Shown here piece by piece: positions 37,427-47,078 of a stretch of DNA of 64,000 nucleotides (position 1 is its first letter; each line of letters starts with the position of its first letter). The DNA is from a virus. A model generated the notes under the pieces. That model searched no databases and was not told where the DNA came from. It saw only the letters and a list, made by a program, of their open reading frames with translations. Both the position numbers and the translations under genes were made by a program. The stretch spans positions 1 through 64,000 of the IMG/VR virus record IMGVR_UViG_3300005537_000023; one strand, given 5' to 3'.

Positions 37427-37645
37427 ATGGCCTTCCGCGGCGCCTTTCATCTCCCCGTTGCGCACCGGCCGGTGATGCAGGTGCCGAAGCGAGGCGCGTT
37501 GTGCATCACGTGCGTCGCCATTCGCCAGCACGAAGACGGCTCGTACCACTGCGCTTCGCGGTACTTCCAAGAGTACATGCGGACGAGTAAACTGCCGTAC
37601 CCGCCCGATCAGATGTGCAGCGATTGGTACGAGCCGAGGGAGTAG
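37427..37645 (+). CDS. Cys-rich small protein
   Basis: CITC...C...CSDWY. Confidence 0.55.
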   Translation: MAFRGAFHLPVAHRPVMQVPKRGALCITCVAIRQHEDGSYHCASRYFQEYMRTSKLPYPPDQMCSDWYEPRE

Positions 37646-37647
37646 CC

Positions 37648-38178
37648 ATGCCATACCGCCACGGATTCAGTGAAGAGTCCATCCACCACAACATCGCCCT
37701 CTTCATCCGCGAGGGCTACCCGCAAGATCAGGCCGTCGCCATGGCCCTCGACATCGCGCGCAAGGCGTGGCGGCGGGAGCATCCGCGTGGCAACTACCCG
37801 GCGCACTTGAAGGGGATGCGGGGGCCGAGGAAGAGGCGGAGGGGGAAGCGGGCGCGGAGGAATCGCGCCTCGTCATCCGCAACACTGCAACTCGGCCCAG
37901 GTAGAGAGATGCCGGAGAATACGGCCATCCTGCGGCGGTCAACGTTGAAGGCGCGATACGCCGCCGGCGATCTGAATGGAGCGGTCAAGTCGGCCGGGCA
38001 CTACGCGCGCAAGCACCGGCGGACGATGTACGTGTACGAGGGCAATTCGTACATGCACCGCGCGTTTCGCGTCAGCGACAAGCCGAGTGAATACCTGAGT
38101 CCGATCAACAATACCGGCGATCGCGTTGTGTCGGTGACGCCCGATCTCATCGTGTCGATTCACGAAGTCTACCGATGA
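37648..38178 (+). CDS. basic virion-associated protein
   Basis: SIHHNI...EGYPQDQAVAMALDIAR motif and RKRRRGKRARRNR patch. Confidence 0.65.
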   Translation: MPYRHGFSEESIHHNIALFIREGYPQDQAVAMALDIARKAWRREHPRGNYPAHLKGMRGPRKRRRGKRARRNRASSSATLQLGPGREMPENTAILRRSTLKARYAAGDLNGAVKSAGHYARKHRRTMYVYEGNSYMHRAFRVSDKPSEYLSPINNTGDRVVSVTPDLIVSIHEVYR

Positions 38179-38399
38179 CCCCCCACGCCCTCGCCACCCT
38201 CTTCTGGCTCCTCGCCCTCGTCGCCTTCCTCGCGCACGGCTGGGGCCTTTCCGGCCTCGGCCCCATCCCCGGCGTTGCCCCCGATTGGGCGTATCGCGCG
38301 GGCGCGGCGGCCGGGTACCCGCTGGCGGTGGCGTTTGCGTGCGTGGCGATGGCGCTGCACGCGGTAGGATGGAAGCGTGGCCGCGCCGATTCCGCCTGA
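38175..38399 (+). CDS. small 2-TM protein
   Basis: two hydrophobic segments. Confidence 0.55.
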   Translation: MTPHALATLFWLLALVAFLAHGWGLSGLGPIPGVAPDWAYRAGAAAGYPLAVAFACVAMALHAVGWKRGRADSA

Positions 38400-39540
38400 G
38401 TACGACACCGACGACGCCGATCCCCTCGTGGACGCGCCCGCCCTCACAGCGCCCCCACCGCCGAAGTCCTACGAGTGCACCGCGTGCCTCCGCCGCGTTG
38501 CCGCGCGCGTCACCCGCTGTCCTTGCTGCAACCAGATCGCAACGTGGCAGCCGTCCGACGAGCCGCCCGAGGTGCGCAAATTCAAGCTCGCGCGCCCGGC
38601 GCCGCAACCGTCCTTTTTCGGCCGTGGCCTCTCCCACGTCCCCGCCGGCCTCGTGTCCGCGTGGATGTCGGGCGGCCCGAAGGTGGACGCACGCATCTCG
38701 CTGCCGGGCGCAGGGGCGAAAGAGGCCGAGAGGGAAGGGCCGGCGAAGGCGCGTCCGCGGCTGCTCGCCAACGTGGAGTACGAGAAGCGCGATCGATTCA
38801 CCACCGGCATCATCCCCGTGGACATCGCCTTCGGTGGCAAAGACGATCCGGGCATTCCCATCGGCGCCTCGTACATGCTCGCGAGTCCGCCCAACGCAGG
38901 GAAGTCCTCGATCGCCCTTCGCATCTGCGCCGCGATCGCCCAGCGCTACGGCGTGCCCGTCCTCTACGTCACCACGCCGGACGAGATGGGCGTAGACATG
39001 GTGGCCGAGTACGCGCGCGAAAGAGGCATCTGGCGCGAGTACCCATCGGCGGCGCGCTTCCTCCAGGTGGCGGTGGCCGAGACGGTGGAGGAGTCGATCG
39101 CGCTGGTCGACGAGGTGGATGCGCCCTTCTACGTCCTCGATTCCACCAACGGCGGGCTCACGACGAGCAACCCCACCGTCAGCGGGAGCAAGGATTCGAT
39201 CCTGCTCTACATCTCGAAGCTGCACGCGCACCGCTGCGGCAGGAAGATCGCGAAGTGGAAGGAAGCGCCGGGGCGCACCGGCCTCATCCTCGCGCACGGC
39301 ACGAAAGACGGGGACATGTCCGGGCCACTCGCCGCGCGCCACAACGTGGACGGTACCTTCCTGCTCGAATACTTCGACCCCGCGACGGGCTGGGCGCTGG
39401 AGCCGCGCGCGCGCAAGGAATGGGTGCGCCTGATCCAAGAGAAGTCGCGCGTATCCCCACCGCCGCCGCAAGGGCTTCTCCTCGCCTTCTACACGGACCA
39501 GAAGCGCGGCCCCGTGCCCGCGCAGCCATCCACCGAATGA
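38377..39540 (+). CDS. RadA/Sms-like RecA-fold ATPase lacking the Lon-like C-domain
   Basis: YECTAC..RCPCC..W Zn finger; TGI..VD..FGG; Walker A SPPNAGKS; Walker B YVLDS; HGTKDG.MSGP...HNVD. Confidence 0.85.
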   Translation: MAAPIPPEYDTDDADPLVDAPALTAPPPPKSYECTACLRRVAARVTRCPCCNQIATWQPSDEPPEVRKFKLARPAPQPSFFGRGLSHVPAGLVSAWMSGGPKVDARISLPGAGAKEAEREGPAKARPRLLANVEYEKRDRFTTGIIPVDIAFGGKDDPGIPIGASYMLASPPNAGKSSIALRICAAIAQRYGVPVLYVTTPDEMGVDMVAEYARERGIWREYPSAARFLQVAVAETVEESIALVDEVDAPFYVLDSTNGGLTTSNPTVSGSKDSILLYISKLHAHRCGRKIAKWKEAPGRTGLILAHGTKDGDMSGPLAARHNVDGTFLLEYFDPATGWALEPRARKEWVRLIQEKSRVSPPPPQGLLLAFYTDQKRGPVPAQPSTE

Positions 39541-39649
39541 CGGCGTGAGGGCGAGTGACGGCAAGTCCTCGCCGTGGTTGCGCATGCCGCAGCGGTAGGC
39601 TTCACCTCAGCGCAAAGCCCCGCGTGGGTGCGCGAGGAGAGTCAAGCCG

Positions 39650-41647
39650 ATGGCGCTGGTGAATACGGCAAACAACCCCAACGGTGTCCTTGGCCTCGGC
39701 CAGTCCGCAGCGATGGATCAGTACGTCACCTTCGGCGGGCGTACGCTGCCGCCGGACGAAAACGCGATCCTCGCCTCGTTCAACTCGCTTACCGGCGTGG
39801 TGGCCACCGTTGCCCCGCTGCTCCCTCTCTCCCCCGCTGGCAACGACGGCGCCTCCATCACCGCCGCACTCCAGTCCGGCGACGTCGTCCTCCAGCAGGG
39901 CGCCACGTACAACATTCAGACGGCAATCAACCTCAATGGCCTGACGGATCGTACGCTCGATCTGAACGGCGCGAAGCTCGTCGGAAAGTTCAGCGGCGTC
40001 CTCACGGTGGCGAACTCCGTCATCTTCGGCCAGGCAGTCAACGCGGCGCTGGCCCCGACAACCTGCAACGGCACGCCCGTGGTCGGATCGAACCAGCTTG
40101 TTGTTACGCTTGCTGCTGGAATCGTTGCGGGCAACTCGATCAAGGTGGTTTCGGCCGCGTCCGCAAACCTCGTTGCTGTCTACCGAGTGACGTTGGTGGT
40201 GGCGAACACACTCACTCTCGACCGGCCGATCCTACTGCCGTTTGCGAACCTCGACGTTGTTACGCTCTTGCAGTCGGTCCCGACGAGGCTCGTCATCATC
40301 GGTCGCGGCGCGGTCATCACGGGCGACTCGTTCGCCGCGATCGACATCCTGCACGCATACCAGTGCTCGGTTGTAGGGCCGATCTATGCGGACGTCGAGG
40401 GTGGCCACGGCCCCCTGCGCGGCTTCGCACTCGACATCGGCTCGTTCTCGTCGTCAATGTCGCAGACCTACGTCGACGGATACGACCACTCGTCTAACAC
40501 GGACTTCCCGGACTTCGGCGTGGCGATGCTAGGTACCGAGCAGTGCTCGGTCATGGATAGCCGCGCCGGACACTGCAACGTGGCCGGCCTCATCTGCCTC
40601 GACGGCTACCAGTCGCGCATGTCCCGGTGCGACGGCTACTCGTGCAACACCGCGCTTGCGTCTGCGGCGGCGTTCGGCACGCAAGCTGTCGCGGCGACGA
40701 CGCAGGGGTGCGAGGACTGCGAGTTCGATTCGATCTCTGGAAGCCAGTCCGTCTTCGGCGTCGCGGTAACGAATGCGACGCGGTGCACGTGGCGCAACGT
40801 CAGATCGATCGGATGTACGACGAGAAACCTCGACGTTGGAGGCGGCGCTACGGCATGCATGGACTGTGTGTTCGATGGAGTGTCCGTCGGCATAGGGACC
40901 CCTACGACCGCGTCGATTCTCGTCAGCGCTACGGTCGTGAGGCCGTCGTTCTTCAACGTTCGTTTCAGCGGCGTCCTTGGCACGGCGGCATGCATGTCTC
41001 TAGGCTGTCCTGGCGCTCTGAGAGGACTGATTGCGATCTCTTCAAACACTACGACCGGCACCGTCCTAGTGACGTCTGGCGCCGCAGACGACGACACAGT
41101 CATCTCGGACGTCAGAATCACGCTGAAAGCGTCGGCAGCAAACACGATCGGTGTCAACGTTCAGAACAGCGCCGGAAGAGTTTTCATCAGAAACGCTCTG
41201 ATCGCACTCGGCGTAGCGAGCGACGTCGGTATCTTCCAGAACGGTATCTGCGTCGTGGAGATGGACGACGTGACCGTGTCGAATCCGAACGCCGTCGCGA
41301 CAACCGTGGGGTTCATCGCGAACGGCGCGACATCCGTCACGAGGCGCAAGGGCAGGATCAACATGTCCGCCACCGCTACTCCGTTCACGCTCGTGCAGTC
41401 GGACGTGGGAACGTTCACCACGAATGGCGCGGTGGCAGTAACGGTGCCGTTCAAGGATATCCCAGACGTCACCGGCGGAGGCGTGGCGCCGGTGAGTTTG
41501 ACGGGCGCCAAGGTGAATACGTGGATGATCGCGGCAGCTGGCACGCCCGCACCTGATCAGACGATCGTTATCACGCTCGCCACTGGGTTTACGTCCACCG
41601 GGAAGAACCTAGATACGTCCGTCCGCGGATACAAGGTTATGGACTGA
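39650..41647 (+). CDS. receptor-binding spike with pectin-lyase-like beta-helix
   Basis: NDGASITAAL..GDVVL..GATY start and repeating beta-helix coils. Confidence 0.75.
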   Translation: MALVNTANNPNGVLGLGQSAAMDQYVTFGGRTLPPDENAILASFNSLTGVVATVAPLLPLSPAGNDGASITAALQSGDVVLQQGATYNIQTAINLNGLTDRTLDLNGAKLVGKFSGVLTVANSVIFGQAVNAALAPTTCNGTPVVGSNQLVVTLAAGIVAGNSIKVVSAASANLVAVYRVTLVVANTLTLDRPILLPFANLDVVTLLQSVPTRLVIIGRGAVITGDSFAAIDILHAYQCSVVGPIYADVEGGHGPLRGFALDIGSFSSSMSQTYVDGYDHSSNTDFPDFGVAMLGTEQCSVMDSRAGHCNVAGLICLDGYQSRMSRCDGYSCNTALASAAAFGTQAVAATTQGCEDCEFDSISGSQSVFGVAVTNATRCTWRNVRSIGCTTRNLDVGGGATACMDCVFDGVSVGIGTPTTASILVSATVVRPSFFNVRFSGVLGTAACMSLGCPGALRGLIAISSNTTTGTVLVTSGAADDDTVISDVRITLKASAANTIGVNVQNSAGRVFIRNALIALGVASDVGIFQNGICVVEMDDVTVSNPNAVATTVGFIANGATSVTRRKGRINMSATATPFTLVQSDVGTFTTNGAVAVTVPFKDIPDVTGGGVAPVSLTGAKVNTWMIAAAGTPAPDQTIVITLATGFTSTGKNLDTSVRGYKVMD

Positions 41648-41669
41648 GAGAGAAAACGCAGGCCGCAGC

Positions 41670-42008
41670 ATGTCTACCAAAACAGATCACGGAGATCACG
41701 AGCGAGGAACGTTCGTGCACCCTTGCGACAACAACTCGTACAGGTACCCGTCCAGCATCGAGTCCGAGCATCACGTTGGGTTTGACGGAAGGCCAATATA
41801 CTCCAAGGCTCAGAGAGGCGCGCTCAAGCTTGTGAGTGATCTACCAGTGACCTCGACAGATGACGAACACGTCCCGTCGTTCGTTGGCCATGAGAGACAT
41901 TACTATCTTGATACAACTGTATCAGTAAATGAGTCAGTCGTACACGCAGAACCTCTGACTGATGCGCAAGACGCGCAAGACGCAGAGAGTAAGAATGGCG
42001 CTGCGTAA
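41670..42008 (+). CDS. hypothetical protein
   Basis: ORF between the two spike genes; lower GC. Confidence 0.45.
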   Translation: MSTKTDHGDHERGTFVHPCDNNSYRYPSSIESEHHVGFDGRPIYSKAQRGALKLVSDLPVTSTDDEHVPSFVGHERHYYLDTTVSVNESVVHAEPLTDAQDAQDAESKNGAA

Positions 42009-43917
42009 CAATGGAATTGACGCCAGCGGCGTGATAGGGCTCATATCTGTTGCGTCATTTGATGACTACCAAACGTCTGGTAGTAGGACTCTTCCTGGCG
42101 ATGAGTCGGCAATTGTAAAAACAATTGACAGCATTTCGTCAGTTCTAAATACGGTAGTTCCTGCATCTGGAGTCAGGACCATGTGGTTTGGTGACTCCAT
42201 CACCGGACTAGGAGGTACCGGAGCGGCCGTGTCCGCTAGGGACCAGTTCTGGACAGACTCTAGGTCTAGAGGTCTAGACGTTCGTGCGTTCGCTCGTACG
42301 TATCAGGGAACCGTCGGGGAGCCTCACCCATACGAGCCATGGTCGGACGGAAACAGCGGATACATGATCGAGGATCTCACCGCCCTCATGGGCGGTGCGC
42401 CAACCATCACCGCTCCGTCTCCTCTCACGAAGAACTTCATCGGCCTGAACGGCCAGCCGGACCTGATCGTACTCGGAGCAGGAACAAACAACATTGACAC
42501 GTCTGGCGATTCGGCCGCGACGTGCGAAACGAAGCTGACGACGCTGCTTGCGCAGATCACCGCGACGTGCCCGAACGCGCGCGTCATCGTCACGACGATC
42601 CCGAGTTTCTATTCGCCCGCGACGCCCTCCGGCGGGATCGCGGCGGCGAATGCGAGCGTCGCTGCGTACAACGCATGGATTCTCGCCAACGTCCCCGGAC
42701 TCAGCCCTCTCTATTCGGTAGTTGATCCTACGCCGCAATGGTCCAACGATACGGCGTACCCACCGGACGGGACACACCTCACGGAGGAGGGGGCGGCAGC
42801 CAGGGGCAGGTCCGTCACGGACGAGGCTGCCAGGCTATTCTCTGGCAGACGAGGCCCGGTATCCCCGAGGCCGTTCAAACCTCGCTCTCAGCAGGCATCC
42901 GTCCGGCTGCCGACCGCAGGCACTAGCAAGATACAGACGAATGCGCCGGATGCTGGATGGATTTTGCCCGCGGCAAGCTTCGCTGTCGGTGCGCGCATCC
43001 AGATACTCGGACTCAGTGCTGGGGTAGACAACTACGTTTTTTCGTCCTGTCCCGTCGGAGGCAACGGGCCGGCTAACGGGTTCTCAGTCACGATCGACGC
43101 GTCGGTAAGTCCGCCCAAGTGGACTATCTATCTGAAAGGTATCGCGGGCGCCGCTGCCTCGTTCGCTGCTCCAGTCGTGGCCGATCTTCCAATATGGCTG
43201 TCCTGGCACGTGGATGACGTAGCGCGCACGATCACTCTCTGGATCGCTATGCCGCACAGCCTGTCTGTCGCCGGCTCCGTGTACGTGTGCGCATGCGTTG
43301 GCGGCGCGACAGGGATAGCGGCGTTCTCACAAGGAGATCCTAACCCTCTCTTCAACATCGGCACAGACAGCACTGGCGTTCGTGGTGGCCCAGCCATGAT
43401 CGTGGACAACGTCTGGATGGCGAGCGGAAAGAACCTGCCAGGTGTTTTCTCTTTCCGGCCTGCGTTCGAGGCGTGGGTATACGACGGTACGGACATTCCA
43501 GGAGTGACTGCGTCTCTACACTGCGCGGAGGGTACAGGAGCCGTCGTCGCCAGCGGAAGCGGAGGCCAGTCAGCGACGATAGCCACTGGAGACTGGAGCG
43601 CTTCGGGTGAAGTGTCGTGGCCGAGCGACGAGAACGGGGATGCCACTCCTACCGCGTGGACTACGGTAGACATGAACGACGCTAATCAAGTCCTTCCGTC
43701 ATCTTCGTTCAACGCCACGACGATTGAGCTGACGGGTCCAATGACGGGGGACCACACGATTACTCTACCAAGAAGGAAGGGGAGGATCGTAACTCTAAAT
43801 AATAAGACGATCGGTGGACACAACACCCCAGGGATTGGACTTACTGGAGTAAGCGCCGGGGGCTCTCCTGGCATATCCAGGGTGTACTGGGACGGAGTGA
43901 ACTTCGTGCCTGCCTAA
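41995..43917 (+). CDS. spike protein with SGNH esterase and LamG-like domains
   Basis: WFGDSIT, GNSG, GAGTNN, DGTH; N-terminus homologous to 39650-41647. Confidence 0.85.
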   Translation: MALRNNGIDASGVIGLISVASFDDYQTSGSRTLPGDESAIVKTIDSISSVLNTVVPASGVRTMWFGDSITGLGGTGAAVSARDQFWTDSRSRGLDVRAFARTYQGTVGEPHPYEPWSDGNSGYMIEDLTALMGGAPTITAPSPLTKNFIGLNGQPDLIVLGAGTNNIDTSGDSAATCETKLTTLLAQITATCPNARVIVTTIPSFYSPATPSGGIAAANASVAAYNAWILANVPGLSPLYSVVDPTPQWSNDTAYPPDGTHLTEEGAAARGRSVTDEAARLFSGRRGPVSPRPFKPRSQQASVRLPTAGTSKIQTNAPDAGWILPAASFAVGARIQILGLSAGVDNYVFSSCPVGGNGPANGFSVTIDASVSPPKWTIYLKGIAGAAASFAAPVVADLPIWLSWHVDDVARTITLWIAMPHSLSVAGSVYVCACVGGATGIAAFSQGDPNPLFNIGTDSTGVRGGPAMIVDNVWMASGKNLPGVFSFRPAFEAWVYDGTDIPGVTASLHCAEGTGAVVASGSGGQSATIATGDWSASGEVSWPSDENGDATPTAWTTVDMNDANQVLPSSSFNATTIELTGPMTGDHTITLPRRKGRIVTLNNKTIGGHNTPGIGLTGVSAGGSPGISRVYWDGVNFVPA

Positions 43918-43924
43918 TCAAGAT

Positions 43925-44560
43925 TCACCACCAATTCACCGCCGTCCCCACCGTCGGACACTGCGCCACATCCGATCCCGCCTGCGCATACCTCCCCGCC
44001 ACCGTCCCTCCCCAGCACCACGTAGCCGTCCGCGAGTCCCCTGGCGGCGTGATGAATAGGCGCGAGACGCAGTTAGCATCCCCGCTCGCCGCCGGCGTCA
44101 CCGACACGCCATCGCATCGCACTGGCGTCTGCGGCCCCCACGTCCACGTCACGGGCGTGGTGGCGATCGCGTGATCCATCTGCTCGGCCACGAGGGCGGC
44201 GCTGTACGTGCCCGGATCGTCTGCGTTGCCAGTGGGCAGGCATGAGTTGAAGTCCACTGCCTCGCCGATTGGGCAGTGATGCGCATACGGCCCCTCGCAC
44301 GGCGTGGCGTCGTAACCGATCGCGCCGCCATCCTCGCTCGCCACGGCGTCCACGGTGCCCCCCGGCGCCGAATCCTCCCCCGCCACCCCACCCGCATCCT
44401 CCCCCGCCGTCTCCCCCTGCTTCGCCTCGGCCACGTCGAAGCTGGCGCCGCTGCACCCAGCCAGCATCCACACGGCGGCGATGAAGGCGACGGCGCCGCA
44501 GAGGAAGGCGAGGAGGCGGCAGAGGACGTGTTTCCACAAGGCCAATGGATGCGGCAACAT
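43925..44560 (-). CDS. Cys-rich lipoprotein (myxobacterial style)
   Basis: LAG|C lipobox; EDAGG/EDGG low-complexity linker. Confidence 0.7.
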   Translation of the reverse strand: MLPHPLALWKHVLCRLLAFLCGAVAFIAAVWMLAGCSGASFDVAEAKQGETAGEDAGGVAGEDSAPGGTVDAVASEDGGAIGYDATPCEGPYAHHCPIGEAVDFNSCLPTGNADDPGTYSAALVAEQMDHAIATTPVTWTWGPQTPVRCDGVSVTPAASGDANCVSRLFITPPGDSRTATWCWGGTVAGRYAQAGSDVAQCPTVGTAVNWW

Positions 44561-44562
44561 GG

Positions 44563-44877
44563 CTATTCCTCCACCGTCTCCACGAAAATCTCCGCCGCTT
44601 CGAGGGCGTTGCAGGCAAGAGAGGTGATGCGCTTGCGGGCGCCCTCCGCAGTAATGTCGTCCTCGCCGAGGCCGTCCAGATCGCGCGGCGACATCCGCTG
44701 CACGAAAATCTCCCACGCCTTGGCGTTGAGTCGGGCCTCGCGGGCCTTGGACGCCTGCGCGGCGTCGGCCTCGGCGCGCTCCTTCTTCCAAGCCGCCTCT
44801 GCCTTTTCGTACTCGGCCTGCGCTTCCGGCGTGCGGTTGGATGGCGTGGGCGGCACCGGCGGGACGGGGCGGGACAT
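44563..44877 (-). CDS. hypothetical protein
   Basis: coupled ORF. Confidence 0.6.
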   Translation of the reverse strand: MSRPVPPVPPTPSNRTPEAQAEYEKAEAAWKKERAEADAAQASKAREARLNAKAWEIFVQRMSPRDLDGLGEDDITAEGARKRITSLACNALEAAEIFVETVEE

Positions 44878-45752
44878 TATTCACCTCCGTGCGCCGCGAG
44901 CTTGGCGCGCGTGATCGACGTCTGCTTCGTGCTCTTGTACTCTCCGTGGCCCTTGATCGTCGCCGCCACGATGCGGAGCCGGTCGCCCTTGTCAAAGCCG
45001 TGGTAGTGGCCGTCTTCCTCCCAGAATCCGATGCCGCTCGTCGTGCCCCACACGAGGATTTCCCCCGTGCCAACCACCGCGAAGTTGGCGAGGCGCTTGA
45101 TGCCGTAGGCGGACTCGAAAACCGGGCCGCCGAGGTAGATGACGTCCAGGTTGCGGACGCGCGCGCCGACGCCGCCGAAGTGCGAGGACACCGGAAGAGA
45201 CGCCGTAAGCCAGGCCTCGCCGAGGATGTCCACCTCGGCATCCGTGAGGCCATCACGCTGGCCCTCGGTGAGGGCGGCCACGATCACCTTGACACGCGAG
45301 GCGGTCCATTCGCTCGTACGCGCGTCGGCGAGGACAACCGCGCACGCGTGAAGCGTCAGCGCGTGGTCAATCACGTTGGCGGCGGCTACCTTGGCGCGCA
45401 ACTCCGATTCCGCGCGCTCCCGCGCCTCACGCTCCGGGCGCGCGGCCTCCCACAGCGATCGCTCGTACGCACGCTTCGCCGCCTTCTCCTCGCGGCGCAT
45501 GGACGCGATAAGCTCCGTGTCGCCCGTCTTCTGGACGCAATCGCAGCCCACCTTGAAGGCCACGCCATCCGTGCTGGTGATGGTGTACGAGTGACGGATG
45601 GACGTCCCGCAGACGTCGCACGAGCCGCCGGCCTTGGTGTAGCCGTCCGGGCCAACCCAAACCAACTCCTGATAGCCGGTGCAGCGGTAGGGCGCGCGCC
45701 CGAAGCCGGCACGCTCGAAAGGATGCACCCAGGTAGACGCGGCTGCTTCCAT
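44877..45752 (-). CDS. Zn-binding plus OB-fold phage protein
   Basis: HPFERAGFGRAP, CDVCGT...VGCDCV; ATIKGHGEYK..KQT. Confidence 0.75.
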   Translation of the reverse strand: MEAAASTWVHPFERAGFGRAPYRCTGYQELVWVGPDGYTKAGGSCDVCGTSIRHSYTITSTDGVAFKVGCDCVQKTGDTELIASMRREEKAAKRAYERSLWEAARPEREARERAESELRAKVAAANVIDHALTLHACAVVLADARTSEWTASRVKVIVAALTEGQRDGLTDAEVDILGEAWLTASLPVSSHFGGVGARVRNLDVIYLGGPVFESAYGIKRLANFAVVGTGEILVWGTTSGIGFWEEDGHYHGFDKGDRLRIVAATIKGHGEYKSTKQTSITRAKLAAHGGE

Positions 45753-45822
45753 CTCCACACCCTCCATTCGCCCTGTCAGACGGGGCTTGCCGGGTAGTAT
45801 TCACCGTGGTAACTGTACCGCC

Positions 45823-46053
45823 ATGGCAGCGAAAAACAAGACGAAACCGAAGCACCCCGGTGGACGTCCGTGCAAGAATCCGAGCGGTGAGCCAGCAGAT
45901 TCGGTAGTTTACGTGTACGTGACGCGTGCGCAGTACGAGGATTTCTGCCAACGCGCCGTCGAGGCGAAGGTGAGCCTAAGCACGTGGGGCGCACTGGCCA
46001 TGATGGCGACGCCTGCGCGAGCGGGGCTGGCGTACGGGCGGCGGAGCCGGTGA
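45823..46053 (+). CDS. ribbon-helix-helix regulator
   Basis: GGRP...VYVYVT...A....VSLSTW. Confidence 0.6.
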   Translation: MAAKNKTKPKHPGGRPCKNPSGEPADSVVYVYVTRAQYEDFCQRAVEAKVSLSTWGALAMMATPARAGLAYGRRSR

Positions 46054-46602
46054 TCTGGCTCCTCTCAAACCGCGCCGACGACGAGGTGCGCCGCAACCTC
46101 GCCGATCACCACTACAACCGCCAGTCCCCGGGCGCGAAAAACTTCGTCCCGCCCGGCCGATGCCTCGTCCTGCGCACGCCTGCCGCCGATGCATTTTGGG
46201 TGACGTCGTGGCCCTTCGCTGAGTACGTAAAGCATCGCTGGGGGGGGGGCTTGGGTATGCAGCGCCTTCCGCAACGAAAGTCCTCACCTGTCCAGCGCCA
46301 TGATCGAGGAGGCGCTTCGTTGCACGCTCGCCAAGTGGCCCGAGCCGCCGCGGGTGCCCACGTGGATCGTCATCGCGCGGCATCGGCACTGGACGGAGAT
46401 CGTGCGGGACGAGTGCGCGTTGGTGACCTTCGTGGACGAGGACAAGACGCGGAGGAAGCGCGACCCGGGCCGTTGCTATCGGCGCGCGGGCTTCGAGGAA
46501 GCAGGGCGGACGAAAGCGGGCCTACTCGCCCTCGTGATTCGTACGGCGCGGCTCCCGTCGGCGCGCGCAGCTGGCACGATGCAGACGGCGCTACCCTTCT
46601 AA
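46050..46602 (+). pseudogene. Mom-like GNAT-fold DNA-modification gene frameshifted at a G10 tract
   Basis: G10 at 46240-46249; G9 would give ...KHRWGGAWVCSAFRNE...TFVD...PGRCYRRAGF. Confidence 0.7.
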
Positions 46603-47078
46603 AACCTCTCCGCCTCCGCCTGCTCCGCCGCGCAGGGGTCTGGGTGGAGGACATGAAAGCCCCACCGATCGCCCGAGTCGTCCACGTCGTACGCCGACAT
46701 GACGAGGCGATATCTGGCATGCTCGTTGTGCACGTCCGCTGGCCTGCGTCCGTCGAATGCCACCTCGTAGACGCCGCGCTCCGGGTACGGCCTGGAGATG
46801 ATCTCAAACGCCTCCGTGAAGTCGTTGCGCGGGTGATCGCTCTGCCCGTCTCGCGTGCGCGTGACATCCCAGTCCGCGACGCAACAGAAAGCCCACATAC
46901 GGCGCGTCTGCTCCAACCGCCATTCCAGGTCCGGGTCCGCGTCTTCCTCGAAGGGCGCCATCACCAGCGAGGCAAACTCCGCCCATCCGCACCGCTTCAA
47001 CGGGATGTCGCCGTACCACTTGCCGAGGTAGAAGAGGCGGCGATGCTTGCGGTCAACCAACATGGATTCAACGCCCAT
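46599..47078 (-). CDS. hypothetical protein
   Basis: last gene of the leftward operon. Confidence 0.55.
   Translation of the reverse strand: MGVESMLVDRKHRRLFYLGKWYGDIPLKRCGWAEFASLVMAPFEEDADPDLEWRLEQTRRMWAFCCVADWDVTRTRDGQSDHPRNDFTEAFEIISRPYPERGVYEVAFDGRRPADVHNEHARYRLVMSAYDVDDSGDRWGFHVLHPDPCAAEQAEAERF

Noticed and set aside
37939-39585. Long antisense ORFs here and at 15435-16829, 30933-32402 and elsewhere
   Set aside because: Arg/Gly-rich shadow frames expected in GC-rich DNA opposite well-supported genes.
41964-41981. 9-bp duplication GCGCAAGAC as another transposon footprint
   Set aside because: In frame, a different length from the 8-bp TSD, and consistent with simple slippage.
39650-43917. 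Diversity-generating retroelement acting on the spikes
   Set aside because: No reverse transcriptase and no template/variable repeat pair differing at adenines seen.
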